DNA of 64,000 nucleotides, from NCBI GenBank assembly GCA_964252035.1, contig OZ176200.1, one strand, 5' to 3'. The DNA is from Podarcis erhardii. Its lineage: Eukaryota. Position numbers and translations under genes: made by a program. Positions 12,360 through 23,604 of the stretch are shown piece by piece. Positions within the stretch are counted from its first letter, which is position 1. Every line of letters begins with the position of its first letter. The notes under the pieces are model-generated. The model saw only the letters and a list, made by a program, of their open reading frames with translations. It was not told the DNA's origin and did no database searches.

Positions 12360-12960
12360 CTCGTCCGCTGCCTCACGCAGGGGAGTTTCTGCTCTGACAA
12401 TGAATCCCCGGGCAAGCAACAGCCTGCTTCGCTTGCAACCTGCTGGGCCCCCAGTGTAAACCTACCAGCCCTTCCCTGGCTCTTCTGGGCTCAAGGAGGG
12501 ACCTACCGTGCGTGCGGGTCACTCCACGCAGCCCAGGGCCAGCCGGGGGAGCCGGGTGGGCAGTGGGGGGCTGCGCGGGGAAGGGGCATGGGGAGGGCGA
12601 GGGGAGCAAAAAGAAGAAGGCGGCGGCCCCCGCCCTTCCCCTCCGCACGGAGCTTGTCCCTCCACCTCCGTTGCTAAGCCGGTCGCCAACCCGCCGTTCG
12701 GAGGCACACAGCACGCTGCGGACCGTGCCATTCTCGGACGGGGGGAGCGGGGAAGCGTGGAAGGGAAGCCCGCCAGGCAGCAGAAGGCTTTTCTATCTTC
12801 CCCACGGGTTAATGCTTCAAGCTGTAGCTTTAAGTTCCTTACAAACAAACAAAAACCTCGTGCTTGCTACCTCGGAAAGGGTTTTCAAGACAGAGGGGGC
12901 TGTACCATTAGTTGGAGCAGGTTAGTGAAGTGAGTTTGGAAGGGATGATGGGAAAGACAT
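12360..12960 (-). promoter_or_regulatory. CFAP221: CpG island, likely CFAP221 promoter and non-coding exon 1
   Basis: Abrupt GC/CpG-rich segment 4.4 kb upstream of the first coding exon. Candidate donor CACG|GTAGGT at 12507/12506. RFX-like half site GTTGCTAAG at 12670. Exon identity is inferred. Confidence 0.7.
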
Positions 12961-13199
12961 GGGTTTCTCCTCCGGCGCTTGTACTTTTGGAAGCTGCTTT
13001 TAATGAAAGGGCTGGTGTCGTGCGTTGTTTCCATTGTAATTATTGGTATGGTTTCAATAGATTAATTCTTTCCATGGCTAATTGCTTTTAATGGGTTTTT
13101 TTGGGTATGTTTTTAGCAGTACACTTACTGTTATCTATAAATTGCCTTCCAGCATGTTAGTGGCTTTATTTACCGGGCTTAATTTGAACTGACTAGCAG

Positions 13200-13318
13200 C
13201 CGCTCTCTGGGGTTTGGGGCAGAAGTCTTTTCCCTATCCGACCTGGAGGTGCTGGGGATTGAACCTGCGTCTTCCTGCGTGCAAAGCAGATGCTGTCCCA
13301 ATGAGCTGTGGCCCTTCA
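13200..13318 (-). mobile_element. Squam2-like tRNA SINE, 5' part
   Basis: Reverse complement of the head seen at 50333 (GGGATTGAACCTG...GCAAAGCAGATGCT...GAGCT). Confidence 0.6.
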
Positions 13319-13998
13319 TCCGTCAGAGGTGAAAGGCCAGGTTCATGCTCAGCCGCAGCAGTTATGTGTAATAGTAGTATTCATTCCTTATATTCCAGGG
13401 TTGCCTCTGCGATTCAAAACCAATTCCAGAATCTAACTCTTGGACAGTACAGAACTAGATAGATCAATTGTCTGACTTGGCATATGGTAGCTTTTGATGC
13501 TTCCAGGCATATCAGCTGCCAGCATCTGCACACCTAGGATTAGAAGGCAAAACAGGGGTTTCCAGGGTTGGTCAGATTATATTCCCCCCAACCCCTATTT
13601 TAGGCTTTAATTATTGCAAGTATTGTAGCTCCAGGGACCCTGGAAGCTTGTCGGAGCTTCTCTGATTATTGGTAAGAATTGTAGGGATTTTTCCATGTAA
13701 TACAGCTTGCCCATCAATCGCGATTTCCGTTTGCAACCTTTCCCTGATATATAAGAGGTTGTTCAGTTGATGAAGGGCCCAGCTGGCCCCAGAATCCTTT
13801 GCAACATGCAGCAGATCCACAGCAGACCCTCAGGGTCTGACTGATGTAAAAAGCATTCATTGAAGGCATAAGGTTTGCAAAACCACTGCACTAGAAGAAA
13901 ACAAGCACGCACCTTTAAAAGTTATGTGCAACAGTCCCCCACCTTGCTTCTACATGTAACTGTGATATAATAAGCAGTTCCTTAGCTGCATGTTATAT

Positions 13999-14308
13999 CA
14001 ATGCCAGATTTACATACTGTATAAGGTAAACAAATTATAGCATAGGGCCCCACTCTCTTGGGGGCCCTCCAAAAAAAAATTACAGGGGGGAAAAACCTGG
14101 ATGTACATTTCCAAAATTTAAGATAAAAAACAAATAGAATAAAATCTACATGCAGCAACAGTGTTTTGTGTGGTGTAGGCTCCTATGATGTAAGTAATCA
14201 ACACAAAAAAACAGTGACAATTTGTTGTTGACAAAGGACAGCTGGACATATAAAGGGCTCCATTACCTTCAGTAGCTCAGGGCCTCATCAAACCTAAATC
14301 TGGCCCTG
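13999..14308 (+). mobile_element. hAT MITE (family C), 310 bp
   Basis: End AAATCTGGCCCTG; perfect 8-bp TSD TGTTATAT (13991-13998, 14309-14316); homolog at 59910-60259. Confidence 0.85.
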
Positions 14309-15753
14309 TGTTATATGCATGACCTGGAAGTTCAAAACAAGCAAGAGGAAGGCGCCTTGCTCCCTGACGATGACCTTACAACCTGAAGGTGGAACTGCTG
14401 CCTCATATGCCACCTTATAACAGAAACACTTCTGACTATTATGATGCATCCTTGCCTTTGCCAAGGGGACATGGCTGGTGCTTAATAACCAGCCATAGCA
14501 TTCCCAAGCAAACAAAAGTCTCATTATTTTGTTAGTAGACTACCTGTCTAATTCAAAAATGAAACACAAATGAGAAAGTTAAAAAAAAGGGCAATGAAAG
14601 GTAACAGGAAAGGAACTGTGTTGCAGCAGGACATTGTAATGGTGAAGATACAAGCAGGCAAAGCAGGTTAAAATTCTGCCAATGGAGACGGAATCTGTTG
14701 TCCTGTTCCTTCTCTCAAATACCTGATCTCTGGAATTTTCCAAAGGGCTTCATGGCTTGGGGTCAGCAGGAGAGAATGGTCTTGTATTCAGGTCTGGCTT
14801 AAGTGTGCTTCCTATTTAGGCCCCTGGTTGGCCACTGTGAGAAGAGGAGGCTGGACTAGATAGGCCATTGGCCCAGTCCAGGGGGCTCTTGTTAGATTCT
14901 TTTGTTAAATGCAGGGCAAACATTGCAGAAAGGTGAAGCGTCATTGACCACATCACTAGCAGTCTCATGAACCGTTCCTCTGCACCAGATGGAAGAAAGG
15001 TACTTCGCCAACACGTATGTGAAACTTTCATGCACCAGTTGTGTTGTGCAAGGCAGAAGAATTGCCACAAACCAGGCCTTTTAAAAGTTGGGGGGGACAA
15101 CAGGGATTTTACAGGGCTAGCTCTTCCATTGGGCAGAACTGGGCAGCTGCCTCATCTGCTAAGGCATGCAGAGTGTTGTGTGAGCCAGACAGCTTGCCCT
15201 GTGCCTTTTAAGCTAGTCTGCTGCCCTGAGGTGCAGTAAAGAATGCTGTCCTGTTTAAATTAGTCCAACTGCCAGATTGGTTAGCTTTTCAATATGGAAT
15301 CGGGGTGATGGAAATCACCATCTTGTCCTTTGCGTGACACATCAAAATGTTTTGGGCTGGCCAGACAGGGAAATTGCTGGACAACAGTAGTTCTGCAGTT
15401 TACTAATGTACTGTAGTTCTGGATTCTTTAGAATATCTGAGGGAGCAAATCATCTCAGTACCTACAGATGTTGATAATATTAGCCCAAAGTATATTTAAT
15501 ATGGTCTTGTAGCATTATAAGAAAAATAATGCTTCTAATTTAATTCTACATCAGCCTTTCCTTTTTTTTTCTTTTGCATTTGTTGTATTGCTGCACAGTA
15601 ATTAACATTTTGTGGCAGATCAAATATCAGAAATGCAGGCAGGTAAAACATTCTAGAGTGCAATATCCCCTTCCTGGACATAGCTAGCCTTTTTTAAATG
15701 GGCTACTTGGACAGCAATCCTGCTTGCAATTAAAAAAAAGGATATGACATATA

Positions 15754-15994
15754 CAGTGGTATCTCGGGCTAAGTACTTAATTCGTTCCGGAGGTCTGTTC
15801 TTAACCTGAAACTGTTCTTAACCTGAAGCACCACTTTAGCTAATGGGGCCTCCTGCTGCTGCCGCGCCGCCAGAGCACGATTTCTGTTCTCATCCTGAAG
15901 CAAAGTTCTTAACCTGAGTTACTATTTCTGGGTTAGTGGAGTCTGTAACCTGAAGATATGTAACCTGAAGCATATGTAACCCGAGGTACCGCTG
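15754..15994 (-). mobile_element. Tigger/pogo-type Tc1-mariner MITE (family T1)
   Basis: TA flanks, TIR CAGTGGTA(C/T)CTCGG; homologous to 23915-24156 and 33608-33849. Confidence 0.88.
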
Positions 15995-17020
15995 TACCAA
16001 ATATAATCAGTGCAAGCCAGCAGTAAGACACGACAAGATCGGGGACTCAGATCTGTAGTCAAATTTCACACTTGATAATAAGCATGTGTGTTCAAGAGTC
16101 GGAGGCATGAAATGCATAATCTGTATATGTTTGATTTTGGTCGAGGGCTCTGAAATGTTTTTACCAGGTTATAACTCTGCCCTCCCCCCAAAAGTCAATA
16201 ATACAAGGATGCAGTTTTGTGCACCATTACTTAGATGTGTAAGTCTTGAATAAATGTGATTAGGCATGGGCTGCACCTGTGGCAGCTGTTGCCCTACTTT
16301 TTACACTAGATCAATATAGTTGTTGCCATATGTAGCTTCCAGGGAGTACTTGCATCCCTACCCACGTGTGTGTGAACAATGAATCATATTCCATATACCC
16401 ACCCACTGAAGCTTGCTCCTACTAAAGCTCCGCAGGAGTGGAGCTTTCATTTCCATTGAAGTTAGTCTCTCTCCATCAGTTTTCCTTTGTGCTCTCCGGT
16501 CATCATTCCAGGCAGACATTAGCAGAGCCGTTTTGGTCAGCTTGAATCCCATTGTGCAAAGCTCTCCCCCCACCCCATCCCACTAGAGTTTTTTTCTGTG
16601 TGCTCACCTGCTTCCTTCCAGTCTCCAGGATATTAAATTCTCTCCCCCCCCCCCTTGGCTCCTGTGACATCTGTGCCAGAACTTTTCTTGCTGCCCTTAC
16701 CGTGGGAACATAAAAGATTGACCTTTCCTTGCTCAAGTGCAGCGATAACAATGAGTAATGAAAGGGGGCACGGGTGACGAAGATATCTGGGACATGGACT
16801 GCGGAGTTGCCTGCAGTGCAAGGTGTGTGTCAAGGATCCTGCTTCAAAGAAGCACCAAGAGCCCTCCTGGGACTCAGTAACAGAAGCAACAGCAGTGGCG
16901 AAAGATGAGGCGAGCTCAGGAACCCACGGAAACAGACTGAGAGAACCTGCTGAGGATTGCCCATTGAAATGACTTCTGATCCTGCACCTGGGAGATGAAA
17001 GAGACAGACAACAGCTGAAC

Positions 17021-17065
17021 ATGTGGACCATTGTAATAATAATCCTTTCCTCTTCGACACTAACT
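17021..17065 (+). CDS. SCTR: SCTR exon 1 (signal peptide [15 protein letters not shown])
   Basis: ATG, hydrophobic stretch and a perfect |gtaagt donor in phase 0, matching the exon 2 acceptor phase. Confidence 0.82.
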
Positions 17066-20000
17066 GTAAGTAACCAAAGAGCCTTGTATTATTGTTTTGC
17101 TGCAAACGCACACAAGAGCCCATCCACTGAAAAGGGAAAGGGGGAGAAATTTGTGAGAGCCTGGTTGATGCACTAAGGCTATGATCCTATATATATACAT
17201 ACGATTCTGCGAGAGTAAGCCCTACTGAACACCAAGGCATTTTTCTTATTGAATAAACAAAGCACTGTGGGATAAAGCTGGAAAAATTCTGAGCTTCATT
17301 CCCCAAGGAGAGGACATGAAACTCCCTAAAAACTTGTATGTCTCATACAAAACATTCTGATGCATCAGCACAGCAGTGAGAGGATAGGAAAAGTGTGCTT
17401 TAGAAGAAAGATTAGAGTTTAGTTATTTTAGGGGAGCATATTCACACTGGCAGCTTCAATTTAGGAATACATGAGATTTTCCTTGGGAAAAGTTTCTTTC
17501 CCTAAAGGTGTGCTCAGTGGAAAAGTAAACTTTTCAGACCACGTAGCACAGTCTTGTCCTCAAATAGTTTCTGTGTGCTATGAGGATTAGAATGTTTAAG
17601 TGCTGTGCATATGCAGACGGTATTAGCTGAATGGATAGTCTCCCAATTTGTTCAGTCTATAAACGTAAGTTTTATGACAGCTGCTTTCTTTATCTTCATA
17701 AACCATATTGAGACAGCTGCTGGTTAAAAGCATATTTGCTTATGTTTTATATAATCGTTATTGATTGTAACTGATATACTAAATTATATGAGAAATAAAT
17801 AGCTTTGTTGACATACACCTGTTCAAAATTTTATTTCTTGCTTGTTTGTTTCCATAATGCAATGTTGTTCAGTTGGGGCTAGAGGAATAAATGTCATGTG
17901 GAGACTAGCAAAACATTTAAAAAAACCCAAAAACAAAATTTAAAATATATAGAGTTTGTAATTAAACTTTTTTTAATCAATCCATTTCAAATATTTAAAA
18001 AATGTGGTACAGTATCCAATATTATTTAAGGATCGTGTAAAATTATTGCTCAAAGTACAACAGTGTATCAGACTATTAGTTTGGAAACAAGGGTATTATT
18101 TGACCTGTATAACCAGATTTTCATATTTGCACACAAATTTCCGCCAATTAAGTTGCTTAGCTTAAAACCATAGCTAGATCTGTTGTCACAATAGGAAGGA
18201 ATGACTCCCACAGGTTGCCTTTGACTTATGTGATTATAACGTCTTACATTTGTTTTAAATATGATGTAAAAAGAAGTAGCTATTTGGCACCGATTTCCTG
18301 AGATAAAAACAACCTATGCAGAGCCTATGTTCCCCCCCCCCATCTGCAGAATTATGGGAAATTGGCACATGACTGAGCATGGATTAGCCATGCTGCTTGG
18401 GATAATAGGTGCACTGAATGAGTGATTCCACTCAAATCTCTCTTCTGGTGTGCACACACCACGGCCACATACATCCTAGAGGTCTAACAATTCAGTGTTC
18501 AAAGTGTTTCACATATATTACCTCAGCAGTTCTTACTGCTGCAGATACAGGGAGGGGGGCTGAGATTAAGGATACATTAACCCTCCCATTAGGGGACGCG
18601 GGTGGCGCTGTGGGTAAAACCTCAGCGCCTAGGACTTGCCGATCGCATGGTCGGTGGTTCGAATCCCCGCGGCAGGGTGAGCTCCCGTCGTTCGGTCCCA
18701 GCTCCTGCCCACCTAGCAGTTTGAAAGCACAATTAAGTGCAAGTAGATAAATAGGTACCGCTTTCTAGCGGGAAGGTAAACGGTGTTCCGTGTGCTGCTC
18801 TGGTGCCGGTTCGCCGGAGCAGCTTCGTCACGCTGTCCATGTGACCCGGAAGTGTCTGCGGACAGCGCTGGCTCCCGGCCTCTAGAGTGAGATGAGCGCA
18901 CAACCCTAGAGTCTGTCAAGACTGGCCCGTACGGGCAGGGGTACCTTTACCTTTTTAACCCTCCCATTTACAGTGCTCTCGCTGCATTTCCAGTGTTGGG
19001 TTTCTAATCTGTGTTCATAGAATGCTGTGCGAAATCCATATCCATCCTGTACTTTGTTACACAACTTTGATGTGCTGTTTCACATCACACAAGTAGCTGT
19101 GAACACATTTGCATGGAGTAAAGACACGAGAAAGCCCCCTGGTGTGTACACAGACAGAATCAAATCTGACACAATTGAAGCCAAGCTGCTATGCACAGCT
19201 GGGTGGTAATGTGAAAGCATCCTAAAAGACAGTGGCTTCCCTGAGGGAATTCATTGCTGAAACAAGATTTGAAACAGGACTTCTTGACATATGTCTTACA
19301 GGCTTATCCACTACAGAACATCAGCTGTGCCTCACTTACTCTCTATAACTTTAAAAAAATAAAAATATTTGTTTTAATTGAAAATACTTCAATAAAACAT
19401 AAAGTGATACAGAAAAAAGGAAAAGTGAGGGGGAGAAAAAGAACAATAAAAATATATCTAAAAGTGATAAACAAACACACAAATGGAAAAGAAGATACTC
19501 CCTTATAGTCTTATTATCCTAATACTTTTAGGTAAATGTTAATAGCCCACTGCATTCTGTATAAACTCATTCCAAATGTTATCATATTTATTGAAACAGA
19601 GTCTGCGCCTATAAGCAGTCCGTGCATAGGTTGCGAGTGATGTCACATCGCCAACCCATTGATTAAAGGGTATCATATCTTTACTTTTCCAGTTCTTCAA
19701 TATCAAGCTCTTGGCCACCATTAGGGCGTGCAGGATCCATTTTTGTTGTCCTGTTTTTAATTTCCATACAGTGGGTAAATAGTTCAATAGAATATTCGCC
19801 ACTGAAAGATTTAACTTTTTCTGCAGTCATAGCTACACAGTCCAGCACCTTCTCCCAAAACTTAATAACTATAGAACACTGTACAAACATATGTTTCACG
19901 AAAGCATTGTCCTTCTCACATTTCCAACACTGAGCTATCTTAGCTAACCCTTTTTTATACGACCATAAAGGAATCCTGGCTGCCTGCAGGAGAGCTGTGC

Positions 20001-23000
20001 CCTTACCTTTTTCAGTCATGTTGCTTGAGCTACTTTTAAAAGCACCCCCTTGTTATTTAGAATGGCAGACTCAAGCTGAATAACATCCGAACCCATTACG
20101 CTGGAATAATAGAATTGTAGAATTGGAAGGGACCATAAGGGTCATCTAGTGCAACCCCCTGCAATGCAGGAATATTTTGCCCAACATGGGGCTCAAAGCC
20201 ATGATCCTGAGATTAAGAATCTCATGCTCCACCGACTGAGCTATCCTAGCTGACCAAAATACGCATATGCTTACATTTTCTGACATGTTTATATCCAACA
20301 AGGCAAGGTAAAAATCCCCCTCTCTCATTGGAACTCATCTGGTTTGGAAACAAAACAGAGCGATCAGACTATTTTAAGTCATAGCTTGGTGTGTGTGTGT
20401 GTGTGTGTGTGTATTCTGGTTTATTTGCCATTTCAGAACTTGGACACATAGTTCTCAAAGCATGTAACAGGGCTTTCTAGCGACACACAGGTGGCTGTGA
20501 GGGAATTAACATGCTCTATCTACCCTGCTGAGGCATTTTTCCACCAAAGATGGTTCCAAGCTCTATTCTATGTCTGCAGACAGAAAGGAAGCCTTTTTTG
20601 TACTTGCTGTCTTCCAGAAAGCTCCCTCTTCTAAAATGCAAGGCTAGTTGTCAAGACAGTTGAGAATGTGGCTGTCAGTTCAGCTTTCCTAGCCAAGTGA
20701 CATGGTTCACGATGAGTAATAGTTCAAATAATTAAGGCCCAATGTCAGGGGTCAGCAACCTTTTTCAGCCATGGGCCGGTCCACCGTCCCTCAGACCATG
20801 TGATGGGCTGGACTATATTTTGGGAGAAAAAAATGAACGAATTCCTAAGCCCCACATATAACCCAGAGATGCATTAAAAGGACATATTCTACTCATGTAA
20901 AAACATGCTGATTCCTGGACCGTCCGCGGGCCGGATTGAGAAGGCGTTTGGGCCGCATCTGGCCCCCAGGCCTTAGTTTGCCTACCCCTGCCCAATGTCA
21001 TGAGCCATGGTTGTGGATGAGCAGGCCAACCATCCCCACCGTTTTGCTTCCTTTTCCTAGTGAGGGCCCAAGAGTACACCTTCCTTCTAGGTGTGATTGT
21101 GCAAAGTTTGAACCCTACCCTCCCTATCCTAGTTTTAGGCAATTGCAAATTTGTGTGTTTTTAGATTACACCCCTGCTCTTTGTCAGGCTTCTCTGGAAT
21201 GTGAAGCAAAGGGACACCTTCCCTCCTGTGTTTCCTTCGCCTTGAGTCAAGTACTGTCACAAATAAGTTAGGATAAATATTATGATTTCCATGCTGAGTG
21301 ACTGACAGATAAGAGAGGATCTCCCCTCCTCCTGTCATTGCTCAAATGACCAGCCAAAGAAAAGAAAGAAGCCCTTAAAAACGCAAGAAAATAAACCCCA
21401 GGACTATGTGTGCCACCTCTATATCCCACCCCTTCAAACTGCCCCCTGAGTGCGACAGCCTCTTTGGCACTTGCCATAGGGACCAGTCCAGGCCATCTGA
21501 ACATCTTATGGTTTAAAACTGTACAGATTACAGTCAGGCAGGTTGTAAATCTTTTTTTTTTTAAATAAATAATAAATTTAGGCTACATTCCTAACCAGGA
21601 GGTGATATGTTCAACCTATAGGCATATTTATGCAAACTTAAGAAATGAGCTGACCAAAATGCATACAAATAATCTATTTCAATGTATTTAGTCAACTTCC
21701 AGCCCTTCTTTATGGGCCAAGGCTCAAATGAAACCCCAATAAGAGCAGTAGCCTGGTTTGTAGCATTTAATCTGTTTACCTGTTGCTTTCCTGTGTCTGT
21801 CACTGCTAACTGGAGACCTTTCTAACATCGATGAAATGTATGCTGTCTGCAGTTAACACTGGCCAGTTTTGGAATGGTTGCTATAGCTGAGCAGGACTGG
21901 CTTTTGTTAAGACTGAAATGGACTTTCTCCATTTTGATTTGCTGTGTGCAGAAAAGAACAAAAGAAAAGAGCGGGGTGGGGGGTGGGGGAATGGAAATTC
22001 CACACATTTGTTATCCTGAATTTCAGCAGGGCTGTTCCTGTCTAGGTTGCCTTTTCCGCTGCCAGCTGTGAGGGATTTCCCCTCTTCTTCTCTCTCTTTT
22101 TTATGTGCATAGTTATCCCGTTCCGATATTTTTTTCCCAATTTTTTTAATTGATTTTCCATATATATATAAACTAACAAACAAACATAAATCTAAAGTAT
22201 AATAATTCCATTTTTCTTTACATTGTTGGGTGACTTCCTCGACCCCCCCAGGCTGATTTTCAATGTATATCATTGTAACAGTTTTCCAAAACTATTTTCA
22301 CATCTAATTTACTTACTCAATTAACATCTTTCTTTCTGTTCATCTTTACTTTAAACATATTATTCTATAGCATCACTTATTTAAATCCTAGGCCAATCTG
22401 GTACCTGCAAGTATTTCTATCTTAGCATATTTAGCTAAATAGTCTTTAAATTTCTTCCAATCCTCCTGGGTACTCCTCCTCCTCCTGGTCACAGACTCTT
22501 CCGGTCAGGTCGGCTAGCTCCGAAAATTCCATCATCTTCATCTGCCATTCCTCCATTGTTGGTACTTCTTGTAATTTCCAATTTTTGGCCAACAAAATTC
22601 TAGCAGCAGTTGTGGCATTCAGAAACAATCTAACATCTTTCTTGGGCATGTTCTAATATTTTTTGAATGGCAAATAGCAAGGGTTCATTCATTTGAAAGA
22701 TTATTTTTATTTTTATTTTTTTTGAAAGGCAGTCGAAGGAGCAGCAGACCAACAAATCCTGCTGACACATTTTCAAGAACTGGCTGGGTTACCTTGGTAT
22801 CGTAACCCGATGTGTTAATGCAAGTTTACAATGTACATTAGATTAAAAGCATAAGATAAATGTGCAGATGGCATGGAATTTGCTCAAAGCAGTGCAAATC
22901 AAATATGTGCTAAGGGGAAACAAGGATATCCCGCTGTTATAGGACAAAGCCCCAGTGTGCTTTCGGCTATACCTGCTGCAGATCGTGTAGAGCTAATCTG

Positions 23001-23559
23001 GGGTGGCTTTTGTATAAACTCCCTCTAATTCATGAACATATATTTTCAGTGAAAGAAGCTGACTTAAGCCCTTTGCAATCTAACCCTGATGACATAGACT
23101 TTTTTTGTCAACATGGAACTGGTGTAGTTCAGCTGCTTTCACTGAAATCAGTGGCTTGGGAGAGCCCCAAGGACCAGAGCCAGAGACCTGGAGGGGCTGC
23201 ATTTGATCCCCAGACCCGAGGTTCCCCACTCCTGCCCTAGTGAGTTCAAAATGAGCTCAGAAGGGTAGGCAAAACTTCAAAGGGCATTCTCGAATTTTAA
23301 CATGCTGCACTCTTAGGAATCCATCTATTTCTATAGCTGTAACTTGCCCATAAACCTTTATGTGGATGTTTTGTAGGATGTGTGTTTGGCTACTGACCAA
23401 TAAAAGAGCAAATGCTTTCTCAACTAGCAGGTCAGAGCCTTTATTTCATCATGTGAAATCATGAAAATTATGACAACAGAAGAACAACTCTGCAGCTTGG
23501 TCCTCTCCAAGGAAGAAGTGAATGCGACAACTGGAAATGAATCACTCCGGAGTTCAGGT

Positions 23560-23604
<45 letters not shown>

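Noticed and set aside
12373-12933. ORFs of 109-141 aa on both strands
   Set aside because: CpG-island artefacts with no recognisable homology.
20178-20250. tRNA-Lys-like sequence with an intact CTT anticodon, as a possible tRNA gene
   Set aside because: The acceptor stem and T-loop are mutated (GGCTTTGA instead of GGTTCGA) and it is fused to a CR1 tail, so it is a SINE head. The same applies to 49790-49863.
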